A DNA stretch of 64,000 nucleotides. It comes from Octopus bimaculoides. Taxonomy: Eukaryota. The notes under the pieces are model-generated. The model was not told the origin of the DNA, ran no database searches, and saw only the letters and a list, made by a program, of their open reading frames with translations. The stretch is from NCBI RefSeq assembly GCF_001194135.2, contig NC_068990.1, positions 45,085,915 through 45,149,914 on the forward strand. The letters run 5' to 3'. Made by a program: the position numbers and the translations under genes. Each line of letters starts with the position of its first letter. Position 1 is the first letter of the stretch. This document shows positions 49,151 to 61,765 of the stretch, piece by piece.

Positions 49151-49190
49151 AGTGAAAAAAGAATTTGTCTTTACTTTTGACATTCTGCAG
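49053..49190 (+). CDS. TSC2: Tuberin (TSC2)-like first coding exon
   Basis: MSRPGKSEEKFKDKFRNLFNFRNRSPPAAQKSEVKKEFVFTFDILQ then CAG|GTGAGA. Resembles human MAKPTSKDSGLKEKFKILL...EFIITAEILR and, from recollection, has the same 138-nt length and phase-0 intron. Only this exon was found, so the call rests on 46 aa. Confidence 0.75.
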
Positions 49191-49234
49191 GTGAGATCTT
49201 TATACCGTCATCATACCGACATCACTATTACATG

Positions 49235-49317
49235 TTCATGCATACATACATACATGTATGTATATGTGCTATATGTATGTATGTATGTATGTATATATAT
49301 ATATATACTGTGTGTAT

Positions 49318-49360
<43 letters not shown>

Positions 49361-49366
49361 GTATGA

Positions 49367-49398
<32 letters not shown>

Positions 49399-49408
49399 NN
49401 NNNNNNNN

Positions 49409-49500
<92 letters not shown>
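49235..49500. repeat. Compound (TATG)/(CA)/(TA) microsatellite with N gap, just after the TSC2-like donor
   Basis: Directly visible; it accounts for the four spurious ORFs at 49053-49544 (3' part), 49211, 49258 and 49269. Confidence 0.95.
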
Positions 49501-49501
<1 letters not shown>

Positions 49502-49656
49502 TACTCACCTTGCTCTTCCTCACGAATTTTTTGTCTTAATCTAGATTTAGACTTTAAACCTTAATATTTCGAGCAGTTTATTTTCTATAACCGACTTGTT
49601 CATTTGTTAAGCAGTATGTATATGTGTGCTTATGTGTAGATGTTATTGTGTGTGTG

Positions 49657-49692
<36 letters not shown>

Positions 49693-51569
49693 TAATCTGC
49701 ATCGTCTGTCTAACCGTAAGCTCTCATCCTCCCCGACACGTACTTGTTCTCTTTCATTCTCAATGTCTAGTACTCGATTTCTCGAATCTTTGAGCTGCTC
49801 TAGTTTATTAGGTATTCCCGTACTTCTCGTTAGCATCAGCAATTCTTCGTTACCTCACCAACATTTTCCTAAGATGTGTACTTCTTTCTTTGTTTGCTTC
49901 GGCAGCTTTTATGTACGATATATCTAATTGGCAAGGAACTCTCAGCAGACTCTCTTCATCATTCCACTCTCTTTTTCTTCCTCCCTCTTTCTCTCTCTCT
50001 CATACATACATACACACATATATATGTGTATGTATGATCACGTACATACACATATATACATATACGTGCATGTATAACAACGTAAACTGTTTTCAGTTCT
50101 TCAGATAGATGCCCAACAGCTGCACAAAGAATACCATTCCTGCTTAATTGTTTCCTGATTGTCTTTGACCATTTACAAAGTTAATAATATTTATTTGCCG
50201 CTCTTTCATTCTGACAGGTGGCTGCAGTGGTTACAAAGTGACGTATCAGTTATTTTCGTGTGTAGCTATGTGAGGCAGAATGTTTGGCCCCATCAACAGT
50301 CTGCCTTAGTAGGCGATCTTCTATTCTTACCTTTGATTTCTGTCATATGTAGTTCCTCTGATTTTATTTATTTATTTATTTATCTTTCTCTCAATCATCA
50401 TAGGTTCTTATTCTAACCATTTTCTACACATTCGTACACACCCACTCACAATAGAAACGAGACACAAGATACTTTAGATGTATTTATCATTTTTTTTTTC
50501 TGTGATTTTATTTTAATTGTAAGCCGTTCTAGTTATGATGGTTATCACTTGACATTTGTTCTTGCATAGAAATTCTTCGATATACTTCCATACTTGTAGA
50601 GAATTGCATAATAACGAAGCAAAAATGAAATTCTCAAGCTTCCTTCATCCCTTTTCATATATCTACAATCACATAAATGAATGTTTTGATTTATAAATTA
50701 TTTCTTATACTATTTCAGTTAACAACAAATCCTAGAATAAACTATCTAAGCCGGTTAGATCAGTTCTAAACTCCAGCATTATAACATTTCACTTCAAACG
50801 AGTTAAACCTAACCTCTAGCCATATCAGCTGATCAAACTCAATCAAATTGTTGGTAAATCTATATATCAACATTGTTTTCACTTCATATATGGATTAATA
50901 TTTACTGCTGACTTATAAGAGATATCAGAAAATTATGCATCACTGGAGAAAGTTATTGTAAACCTCTATATTCAAGTCGTAATTATATTTCGATTTCTAT
51001 GGTGTTATAGTTACTATTTTATAAAACCAAGTACTTAATAACTGATGACAGATGATTACAGTCTAAATTATTTAAACTTCTTTTGTCATTTTTTTTGTTT
51101 CTTTACCGTACAGTTATTAACTTTAGTTAAAAATTGAATATGATTTAATGTTTTAAAAAAAGGTACTAAAAATTACAAATTTATTCAACTTTGGTAAAGA
51201 ACTAAGGGTATTTTAATCTTTACTAAAAGTTACAAGTTAAAATAATTTCAAGCAGAAAGTTTGATAACCTGAGTTTTATATTATTTTTTAGTAACTTACA
51301 ACCATTGGTACTTTCTATTCTGACAAACTGCAGTATATTCACCCTGTCTAAATATACAGTAATAATGTTTAAGTTTGAATTGTATGGTAAAGTCCAGCTT
51401 GTGAAAGTGTTTTACTCAGCATCACATGAAATAACATTTCTAAGATAAAATAGATCTCTGTAAAATCCTCAGCTAGAAAATTTCTTGCTTCAATTAAGAG
51501 AACATTGTGGCCAGTTTGATGTCAGAAGTAGCTGTGGTGTAGTCAGCTGCAATACATGAGGATAAGATA

Positions 51570-52505
51570 AGTTACCAGAAGAGATGGTTATTTCTGAAGT
51601 GTGTGTTGACCCAAGGAGACATTGGATGGACAACAGCAGTGGTGTCCTGAAGTATGCTGATGAAGAATTGATTGCTTGGCAATTGAGATCAGTGGGTGTA
51701 GGATCAGTCCGCTGATATTTGCTGACTAAATGGTGCTATTTGGCACATCAAAAGGTGACCTCAGCATGCCCTGATTGGATTTGCTGCTGAATGCTGTAAG
51801 GCAGAGATGAGAATCTCTGGTCTTCTCAAGAAAGTCTTCTCATTGCACTCTGCATTTTAGTGGAACATCACTGAGACAAGTGGAGATGTTTAAGTGTGTC
51901 AGGGACTGTATTCATGAGTAATGGGAAATAGGAGGCTGAATTGGATGCTAGAATTGCAGGTGCTGGTACAGAAATGCTCCAACATTCAATCCTCAAAAGA
52001 GAAGTTGGTGAAAAAAAGCCAAGCTCACTATCTGCAATTTGGTTTTTGTGCTTGTCTTTACCTATGGTCATGAATGTTGGGTAATGATTGAAAGTGTATG
52101 GTTGTGAATACAAGTAGCTGAAATGGGATTCCTCTAAAAGGTATTTAGATTAACAGTACTCAACAGGGTGCATAGCTCAGAGATCAGGGAATCTCTCTAG
52201 GTCAAGCCACTAATTCTCTACATTGAAAGGTCACAGGTCTGGTAGTATGGACATGTGATTAAAATGACGCAGGAAAAAAATCACATGACAAATTCTTCAA
52301 GCTGAGCCAACTGGCAGTAGACCTAGAGGTAGACTAAGAATGAGATAGTTAGATGATAGTCATAGACTCAGTTGGTCATACTTGGGAATCTCAGCTGGAA
52401 GGTCTAATGATGGTTGCTTCTTACAGGACCTTATGGAGGAGGAGGTGTCATGACCCTCCCAGGAATAGTGGGTGGAAAAGATGAATGGATGGATGAATGA
52501 AGATG
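51570..52505 (+). mobile_element. Decayed Expander-like RTE LINE 3' region
   Basis: LIFAD*MVL, LTYGHECWVM, QVAEMGFL, RVHSSEIRESL.VKPLILYIERSQ, and a GGAT/GAAT tail; distinct from the dominant RTE family in this window. Confidence 0.7.
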
Positions 52506-54694
52506 GAACAATAGAAAAGGAAACTGTGTCCGAAGATACACTGGACAGATAACACCAGCAATAGTGACCTGAAGTATGTTTATGTTGGACTGACAGAGAA
52601 TAGAGAAAAATGGTGAAAGAAGATAAAGGTTCACTAAGCAAACAACAACACTAGTGACCTAAAGTACATCAGTGTTGATGTTGATGTAATAAAATATAGA
52701 GAACTATGTTGAAGAAAGATATGACCATGCTGGCTTGATTTTGTTTTAGTCTAACTCTTCTGGCTGTGTTCCTTAATTCCTGGTGGAGACACGGTATGTC
52801 TTGGGTGTTTTAAATGCATGATGAATCCTATCACTCCCTAGTGTGAATACAGCTGATTTCTTCCAGAACTGACCAGTACTGGATTGGTATTTTGTTTATT
52901 GACACCACAAAAATGTAAGGCAAAGTTGACCTTTGCAGGCTTTGAACACTGAGTGCAGAGTACTAGGATGAATTTGGCAAGGTATTTTATCCAATATTTT
53001 AACAACTGCCAACTTGCCCCCTATATGTCTAAACCCTTGCATACAGAGAACTATGAATGAAAGACTAGTAGTAGTACATAGGGTATGGAAGGGTACTTTT
53101 TAGAAATGACATTATTATAATTCAGAAAAACTATTTCCCATTATTTAACTTGGTTTTGTATATTTAAATCAGTCAGATTAACTGATTGTTGATTTCTTTT
53201 CATTAGGTACATGGCAAATTTTTACAGGTTAGGGAATATTCAATTGAATAGACCTTTTGTATATATATATTGGTTTCAAATTTTGGCATAAGGTTCGAGG
53301 GAGGGGGGTAAGTCAATTACATCAATCTCAATGCTCAACTGGTACTTATTTTATTGAACCCAAAAGGATGAAAGGCTGAACTGACCATAGCAGAATTTGA
53401 ACTCTGAATGTAAAAGATGGACGGAAAATATCTAAGCTTTTTGTCTGGCTTACTAACGAATCTGCCAGTTTGCCACCCTACCCCTTGTATATATTACTGG
53501 TACTTAAGTTATTGACAATAGTGTGATTTAAAGCCAGAATATTGAGGGGTATGTCTAAACACAGTAAGCTATTTTGCTTCGTATCTTATATTGTATTTCT
53601 ATTTTACTGTCTTTATGCTAATGAAATAAGACAAATTTCAAACAAATCCTTTATATTTCAAAATCTCATCTCTATAATAACATGCTGAACAAATAAAGTG
53701 CTGATAGATATTAATTAAATAAGTGGTTCATCAAAACATCAGATTTATTTAGGGGTTAGACAAAGGTCTACTGGCTGAATGTCAGTTTAGACTGAATAGC
53801 CAGTTAACTGTAGCTTACTTACAATATTGAATTTGAATTTAACCAAGGTTCACTGAGGGCCAGTAAAATAATTTTATTAATATTCCCCTACTGAATTTAA
53901 CTTTACTTTTTATTTTCTCAGGATTGATAAAATAGCAATCAAGTACAGGAGTGAATTTAATTATCTAATTTTGCCCCTACCAAAAAATGTTTGATCTTGT
54001 GCTCATATAAAAAAAATCAGTATTAAAGGATAAATAATTCTTTCTGATTTTGATACAAGGCATGCAATTTTGAGAGGAGGGGCAGGTCAATCACATTGAC
54101 TTCAGTACTTGACTGGTACTTTATTTTATTGATCTCAAAAGGATGAAAGATAAAGTTGACCTCAATGGGATCTGAGCTCAGAACATAATGAAGAAATACT
54201 GCCTAGTATTTTGTCTAATGTGCTATCAATTCTGCCTGCTTGCCACCTTAATATTATTGGATAAATAATAAAACAAATATCAATTTCTTTTTTTTGCTGT
54301 TTTGAAAGATCACTACTAAGCTTTTGTCATTGCTTTTCCCAAGGTTAACCAATAATGATTCTCATACTAACATGAGGCTATTGTTGATTGAATTGAGCCT
54401 AGTATATGCCTGGCACTTATTTTAACCACAAGATGGTTTGAAGAATAAGTGAACTCCTATATCTATACACACACACACACGCACGCACATATATTGGATA
54501 AAACTAAGCACTGATAGATATTTTGTCTGAAGCTTCTATCACTTCTGTTACTATTCACTGCCTCTAAAGTTTACTGACAATGACAATTTTGAGTAAGCCT
54601 CTACATGGTTGCCCAAACTGTTAGAAATAATAGTCAAAGCTCTCTGAAATCCTGAAGTAAAGACAAAACTCAGTAGACAATGTAGCCCTATTTA

Positions 54695-55210
54695 CAGTAA
54701 TACCTCAAAATACAAGTTAATTTGTTCCCGGAGACTGCTCATAAAGTGAAAACTCATAAAGCAGAGCAATAATTTCCCATAGTATGTTATCAATCATAAT
54801 TCGTTTCCAGAAAAATATTTTACCTATAAGATTTGTAATACTTGTAAACAAATGGCAATAAAACAATAGTAGAATGTAAAGAGTAAAGTAAAAAGAATGT
54901 CAAAACCATTTATAACAAAAAAATATTATAATCGTTTTCTGAATCGCTTTCATTTGCACACACCATCACTATTAGACATGATCGCTGAATCACAAGCTCT
55001 CATAGGTGGACTTGTTGATTTCTTTTTAAAATGCAAGTCTAGAGTTATTTTCTTAGAAGAAACTTTTCTCTGCTCTCTATAAATTTTCTGGTAACATGCA
55101 AAGGCATTTGTTATGGTAGTAGAAACTTTTGCACTGTGTTCGAAATTTGGATCTTGTACTTGAAAAATAAACCTCATAAACCTGGGGTCTCGTAAAGTGA
55201 GGTATTACTG
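54695..55210 (-). mobile_element. Tigger/pogo-type non-autonomous element, 516 bp
   Basis: TIR CAGTAATACCTCA (13 bp perfect) with TA on both sides; retains the transposase C-terminal DPNFEHSAKV...NAFACYQKIYREQRK...TLDLHFKK. Confidence 0.88.
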
Positions 55211-58200
55211 TATCCATAAAAAGAATGGCTAGCCATGGCTGGGATACCTTTAGGGCTTAAAAGCAACATTGGTGAGTCAGCGTAGAGTATTTATGTAGTC
55301 ACTATCTACTTTTTTTATTGCTTAGTTGGGAGGGTAAGGTTGTACCCATTACCCTTTACTAAGTAAAGGTATGAGAGAAGGCATGAGGAAGGTATCATTA
55401 ATCTGGTACCCTTGCTAAATTGCTTATAACAGAGTAGACTCCACTAAAGGTACTTAAGGAATAGATGGTGGTGATAAACCAACGACCACATTAATTCTAT
55501 CACCCAAGCCTGTTTGATATTGCAACTGAAATTCCATAAATAAACCAACTCTCTCTACTGTTTTTATTTTTTAATTGAGTATTACAAACCCATCCTAAAA
55601 GTGAAATGGCCTAACACAGAAATGCATATTGAATGCCTCATTTGATTGGTTAGTATACTCCGGTACCAACTGACCATTGCAGTTCTGTAATATCAGCAAT
55701 TTATTAATTAGATAAAGGATTTATTAAAGAGTAAAGCTTACACCAGAACCTCACATTATCTAATTCAGTGGGTCTCATTATTTTTGGCTTTACAGTACAC
55801 TAGAGATTAAGTAAAAGATTATCAGATCACTTTGTAAAGAAACCAAAAAATTAATGGCACATTTCATGTAGGAAGTTTAAAAAAAAATGAATGGGGAAAA
55901 TTTTTGCTTGTCTTGTTTTATTAATCATACGTGTGTATAGCAAAATTATGTATAAAATGTTTTTGAAGGTACTCAGTCATTAGTGTCCTTGTTGTCATCA
56001 TCATCATACAACTGCTGCCTATTTTGGCATGTGTTAAACAGTTCATTATGGTCCAAATGCATTCTTATTTGGAATTACTGTATCTTTCAGACAGATCAGA
56101 AGACCACATCTTGTTCATATATTTCAATTTTGGTTTTGTTTCTACAGAAGGATGATCTTTCTAAAACCAGAATAGTCTGCTTAAAAAGCCTTAATTTATT
56201 GTCATCATTGTTTAATGTTTGTGTTCCATGCTGTAATGGGCTGGATGGTTTGACAGGATCTAATTAGCCTGAGATCTGCATTAGTCTTCAAGTGTCTACT
56301 TTAGCAAGGTTTCAATGACTGGCTGCCTTTCCTAACACCAACCATTTTACACTTTACTGGGCGCGTTTTTCATGATACCAGTACTAGTGCTGGTGATGGT
56401 CACCAAGCAACTCGCAAGACAAGACTAGTTGGTAGAGTGACAGTGCAGTATTGAGGGAGTTGGTGTTGTGCCAGGTGTAGAGAGGATAAAGGATGATAGA
56501 GAAGATATATGGCTGTAGAGAAGATATATGGCTACTCCAGTAGGAAAGGGAGAAAGGATGGTGGAGATAAGGCATCAAGGCATACCCTCAGGACACAAGA
56601 AGGTGGATAGGATAGGGACAGGGAATCTAGGATGGCTGGTGGGTAACTAGGTTTGCCAGAATGTGAGAGGTGAATGACACAATAGAAATGAAGATTGGAA
56701 CAAAAGCAGTGAATGGTGAACATTGCCGAAAGCATGGGCAATGGTGAGTCTCAGTTTAGAGGAATGTAAGGAAACTAGGAGTGGGTCATGGAGGAGGAGG
56801 TGATAGGTGCTAATACATGAAAAAAAAAAGTAAAATCGACAGTGTATCTAGTTATTCCTTGAGGTGCTGTCTGAAGACTACTGATCTAATCTTTTATTTT
56901 TATGTTACATTGAACAACTAGCTATATGTCTAAAGTTAAATTCTTATCCTGAGTGAAGTATGTTTAGTGAAAAGTTGCTGTGGGATGGTGTTAAACAGTT
57001 CATGGAATAGAAACTTGTTTTCTAGAAAATTTCTAGTGTATATTCATTCTTAGAAATAGTAACTGATGCCAGATTTCTTTTTTTTTTCTTCTGGTTAATC
57101 AAAGTAGACAGGGTACCACCCATTACCTTTTTCAACACCTTTGAGACTGACAGAAAGGTGCTGACTTCTGACTGGAAACCTGATTTAAGTGCTTACAACT
57201 GAGTGGACTCCATTATAGTCACCTTTGGGTCAGCTGGTGCTGTTTGATCAGCTGATGGATTAAGTCTGCTTCTCAAAAAGCAGGAACAGTTCCTCTGCTG
57301 AGCTTCAGCAAAGTTTCTGTTTATCAAATTGTAACTTGCAAAGCTTTGGTTGGCTCAAGGCCCATGATAGAAGACACTTGCTAAAGGTGCAGGACAATAG
57401 GACTGAAATTGAAACCATATACTTGTAAAGTGAACTTTTTAACCACACTGCCAGACTTATTTCTACAGAATTATGCAGCTACTGTGGAAAAGGAAAAAGA
57501 CAAGGCAAAAGGTGATGAATGGAAAATGTTTTAGAATTTTGTGTGAAAGCCAGAAGTTACTTTAAACGAAATTCTTTCCTTTATGCCATGTTTAGATACT
57601 CAGTATTCTGTTGATATTCACGATTCTGATAATTGTCCTGATGCCTTTCAGGGTTGTATTGCAGAACAAATCACATTCAATGTTTTTCTATCTAATCATT
57701 CCAATGATTTTTTTTACATTAATATCCGTATCATGTTTCATATTTTTGATTCACTATTTTTGAATAATTTTGAGTGTCATTATCTATACATTCTCTTAGT
57801 TTTCTGTAGTTCATTTCTTTTGTTTCTGACCTGGACTTTTACACTATATCTACTTTCCTTACCTATCTTCACTTCATGTAACATTGTGTATTATACATGA
57901 CATGATCAATATACCATTTTTATTTTTCAATGCTTTCGTGGATTCCTATGACTCTCTGTTGCCATCCAGTTCCATTATCATGAATTTGAATTGGAAACTT
58001 GAGTAATATTGAATCTTTCATTAGCTGATCACACAATCATGGACACCACTCCAATGGATGCGTTGCAGTTACTCTCTTCATAGTGTTTAGTGATCCTGAC
58101 CATAGATCTTCTAGGATTCCTCTGCTCAGCATCAATGTAAGAAGCGCTGTTGGCTCACTTGAGCTCTTCTGCTATCTCTTCACAATCCACCATGCCACAG

Positions 58201-58329
58201 TCCCATGACTTTGCTGTATCCCTGGCAGGGTGACTGAATGGGTGTTATGTCTTGCCAAAGGGCAGTCCATAACTATGCAGGGCACGGTTGTCACTTAGTG
58301 AAGTATTTCCAAAATACCCACATACCCGA

Positions 58330-58690
58330 CGATTAACATCAGCTTTTCTGTGCTGACACAAGTTGGATTCGGTTGTCACAGTCAAAGTCAATTTTTATTC
58401 AGAATTACTACTTTCATCATTCAACAACCTCTCATAATAGCATTTTCTTGCCTTTTTCTTTTCAGTATCAGTGCAAAACAATTTCATGATTTTCTGTGGT
58501 TTCTGGAATATCTCATGCCTTTGATCCTCACTATCAAAGAACACATGCAAAATTTTGCTTTCAGTTACTTTCCTTGCTTAATATCCCTGACTTCTCACTT
58601 CTCTTCTTACTACTTTATATTAATATTTACTTCCTCCTATTTTCCAATCTTTTTAGCCTATCTCTTAGCTTTTATGGTTCTGTGAACAAT
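58330..58690 (-). mobile_element. Old RTE LINE linker remnant
   Basis: DQRHEIF...KKARKCYYERLLNDE parallels DQRLEVF in the 35.6-37 kb RTE copy. Confidence 0.45.
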
Positions 58691-59434
58691 ATGTGAAAGT
58701 GCAAAGCTTAATGGTTAGGGCATTGTACTCATAGTCACAAAATCATGATTTCAATTCCTAGACTGGGTGGTGCATTGAGTTCTTGAGCAAAACACTTCAT
58801 TTCATGTTGTTCCAATCTAGTCAACTGTAAATGAGTAACCCTGCAATGGATTGGCATCCTGTTTGTGGGGGAATGTTGTGATCTTTGTCACATATATATC
58901 ATGGAAACCAGGTTATTGGCATTATAAGTCCTAGGATTTGAGACAGCACAGAACAATAATAGTCTACCATCGTATCACCTTCCATTTGACTGGAAACTTG
59001 CACTAATCACAAATCTGGTCTGTAGATTGCAGTAGATAATCTTGCAAAGGCACCTAATTATCTTTTGTCTCCTCTTTTCTGTCATATGTATCAACTAGAA
59101 TTATTAGAAGGCTATGTCACCTTTTATATCTTTATTCTCCAGATTATCTTGTGTCTTTGGACCTGTCTAGCTTTTCCTCTGTAGTCACAAAACACTAATC
59201 TATGTTGAATAGTATATTTTTCACCAGGAAATACTTAACCTTTTCATTAGCATGTTTCTTTGAAATACGTGTCCTTTGCTTCAATAATTTTGAAAATAAA
59301 AAAGAATTTAGTGAAATAACTTTATTGTTAAGCTGGTGTTAGGATAGGATATTATTAAGCATTGTAGGATAGCTTTTAGAGGCTGGATCTGGCTGGTTTG
59401 AACATAAAACAAGTAGAATAATTGGGTCAGATTA

Positions 59435-59816
59435 TTGGCACTCCATCACTAACGACATCGAGGGTTCCAGTTGATCCGATCAATGGAACAGCCTATTCGT
59501 GAAATTAACTTGCAAGTGGCTGAGCACTCCACAGACACGTGTACCCTTAACGTAGTTCTCGGGGATATTCAGCGTGACACAGTGTGACAAGGCTGACCCT
59601 TTGAATTACAGGCACAACAGAAACAGGAAGTAAGAATGAGAGAAAGTTGTGGTGGAAGAGTACAGCAGGGTTCGCCACCATCCCCTGCCAGAGCCTCGTG
59701 CAGCTTTAGGTGTTTTCGCTCAATAAACACTCACAACGCCTGGTCTGGGAATCGAAACCGCGATCCTATGACCGTGAGTCCACTGCCCTAACCACTGGGC
59801 CATTGCGCCTCCACAG
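59435..59816 (-). mobile_element. tRNA-derived SINE inserted in a piggyBac-like MITE
   Basis: Head GTGGAGGCGCAATGGCCCAGTGG...TTTCGATTCCC on the minus strand; flanking ttgggYcagat duplication at 59422 and 59817. Confidence 0.8.
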
Positions 59817-59889
59817 TTGGGCCAGATACAGCCAGTTTAAATGCTAAAGGGTTAATTATTCTATCATACATCATCACTGACTCAGTTAT

Positions 59890-60140
59890 CATTATCATTA
59901 TTGTTTTATGTCCATTTTTCCACGCTTGCATAGGTCAGGCAGAATTTTATTGAGGTGGATTTTTCTACAGCTGGATGCCCTTCCTGTTACCAACCCTCAC
60001 TTGTTTCCAAGTAAGGTAATATTTCCCCATAACCAGATATGTTTTTATGGAATAGTGGGAACGAAGGACACCACTTGCATGATGGACATTCATTTACAGT
60101 TCTCACACAATGTCAAGGCAAGGACATAAGGACACATACA
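59890..60140 (-). mobile_element. Short element family D, representative copy (others near 10860, 16980, 35070, 40090, 42860, 60950, 61200)
   Basis: Recurrent CAT-repeat tail, CTCACCTGTTTCCAAGTAAGGTAATATTTCCCCAT..CCAGA and TGTCAAG.CAAGG. Confidence 0.7.
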
Positions 60141-61584
60141 CACAAATACGGCAGTCTTTTTTCAGTTTCCATCTTATCAAATCCACTCCTGAAGCTTTGT
60201 TTGGCCTGGGGCTATAGCAGAAGACACTTGCCCAAAATACCACACTGTCAGATTGAACCCGGGATTCTGTGGTTAGGAAGCAAACAATATACCGCCTTCA
60301 CCTGTTGTATTACTGTTACCCATCCAGCATGGCTGTGCGGTTAAAAAGTTTGCTTTCTAATTACATGGTTTCAGGTTCAGTCTCCTTACATGGTACCTTG
60401 GGCAAGTGTCTTCTAGTATAACCTGAAGCTAACCAAAGATTTGAGAGTGGATTTAGCAGAGAGAAACTGAAAGAAGCCTATATACCTTGCTTGAGAAGAC
60501 CCATCAAGCCAAGTGAAATTGTAGTTGTGGCCAATGCCTATGTCGCATAACTAGCACCTGTGCCAGTGACACATAATAAGCACCCTTCGAATGTTGGGCC
60601 TCATGGAAGCAGTGACAAGTGACCGAGACCTTTGGCAATACACCATGCTTGAGAAGACCTGTCAAGCCAAGTGAGGTTGTAGTCGTGGCCAATGCTGGTG
60701 TTACATAACTGGCACCCATGCCAGTAGCACATAAAAAGCAACCACTACACTCTTGGAGTGGTTGCATTAGGAAAGGCATCCAGCCATAGAAACCATGCCA
60801 AATCAGCTTGGAACCTGGTGCAGCTGCCCAGCTTAACAGTTTTAAGTCAAATCATCCAATCCTTGCCAGCATGGAAAGCAGACATTAAATGATGATGATG
60901 ATGTTATATATGTGTGTGATTGTTACAGATGTTACTGTCAAATAGTGTCATTCATTTCCAATCTTCTATGAAAACATGCCAGTCATAAGAAAATATTACC
61001 TTGTCTGGAAACAGGTGGGGGTTGGTGACAGGAAAGGCATCTGGCTGTAGGAAATCTTCCTCAATGAAGTCTGTTTACTCCATGCAAGCATGACAAAATA
61101 GACAGTAAAGCAATGCTGAAACTATATATATGTCATAAGATCATGTGCTGGTTGTAAACTAATGTTACTGCCATACAACCAGTGTTATTTGTTTTCAATA
61201 TTCCATGAAATAATATCCAGCCACTGTGCTTTTTGAGTTGGAAGACCCAAGGGAAATTTTATCTTACTTGGAAACAGGTGAGGCTTGGTGAAAGAAAGGA
61301 TATCTGGCCATTGAAAATCTTCCTTGATAAATTTCATGTGATCCATGCAAACATACAAAAAAGCAAGGAGACAGTAATACACACAAACACACATACATAT
61401 ACATGATGTGCTTCTAGCAGTTTCCACCCACCAAATCCACTCACAAGGCTTTTGTTGGCCTGGGGTTATAGCAGAAGACACTTATCCAAGGAAATTAAAA
61501 TGATGGTGATGATATACTATTTTTATTCGTTCTAGATTATATTTTAGTCACAGCCATTCTGTGTACAACATTTGATATGGCACG

Positions 61585-61765
61585 TTTGGATACTACACTT
61601 GGTGTGGGCACAATTAGTACCACACTTGGTACTGCTAGTCTAGGAGCCATGCTTGGTATGGCAGTTCTATGTGCCACACTTCGTATAATATTCTAGGTGC
61701 CACATATAGTGTTGCAATTCTAGGTGCTACACTTGGCATGGCTATTCTTGATCTCGTGTCTATTC
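61585..61765. repeat. Degenerate 27-bp tandem repeat, about 6 copies
   Basis: Units approximating CCACACTTGGYATGGCAATTCTAGGTG; one unit is 26 bp. Confidence 0.7.

Noticed and set aside
49191-49544. 163-aa ORF as a full protein
   Set aside because: Only the first 46 codons are exon; the rest is intronic microsatellite.
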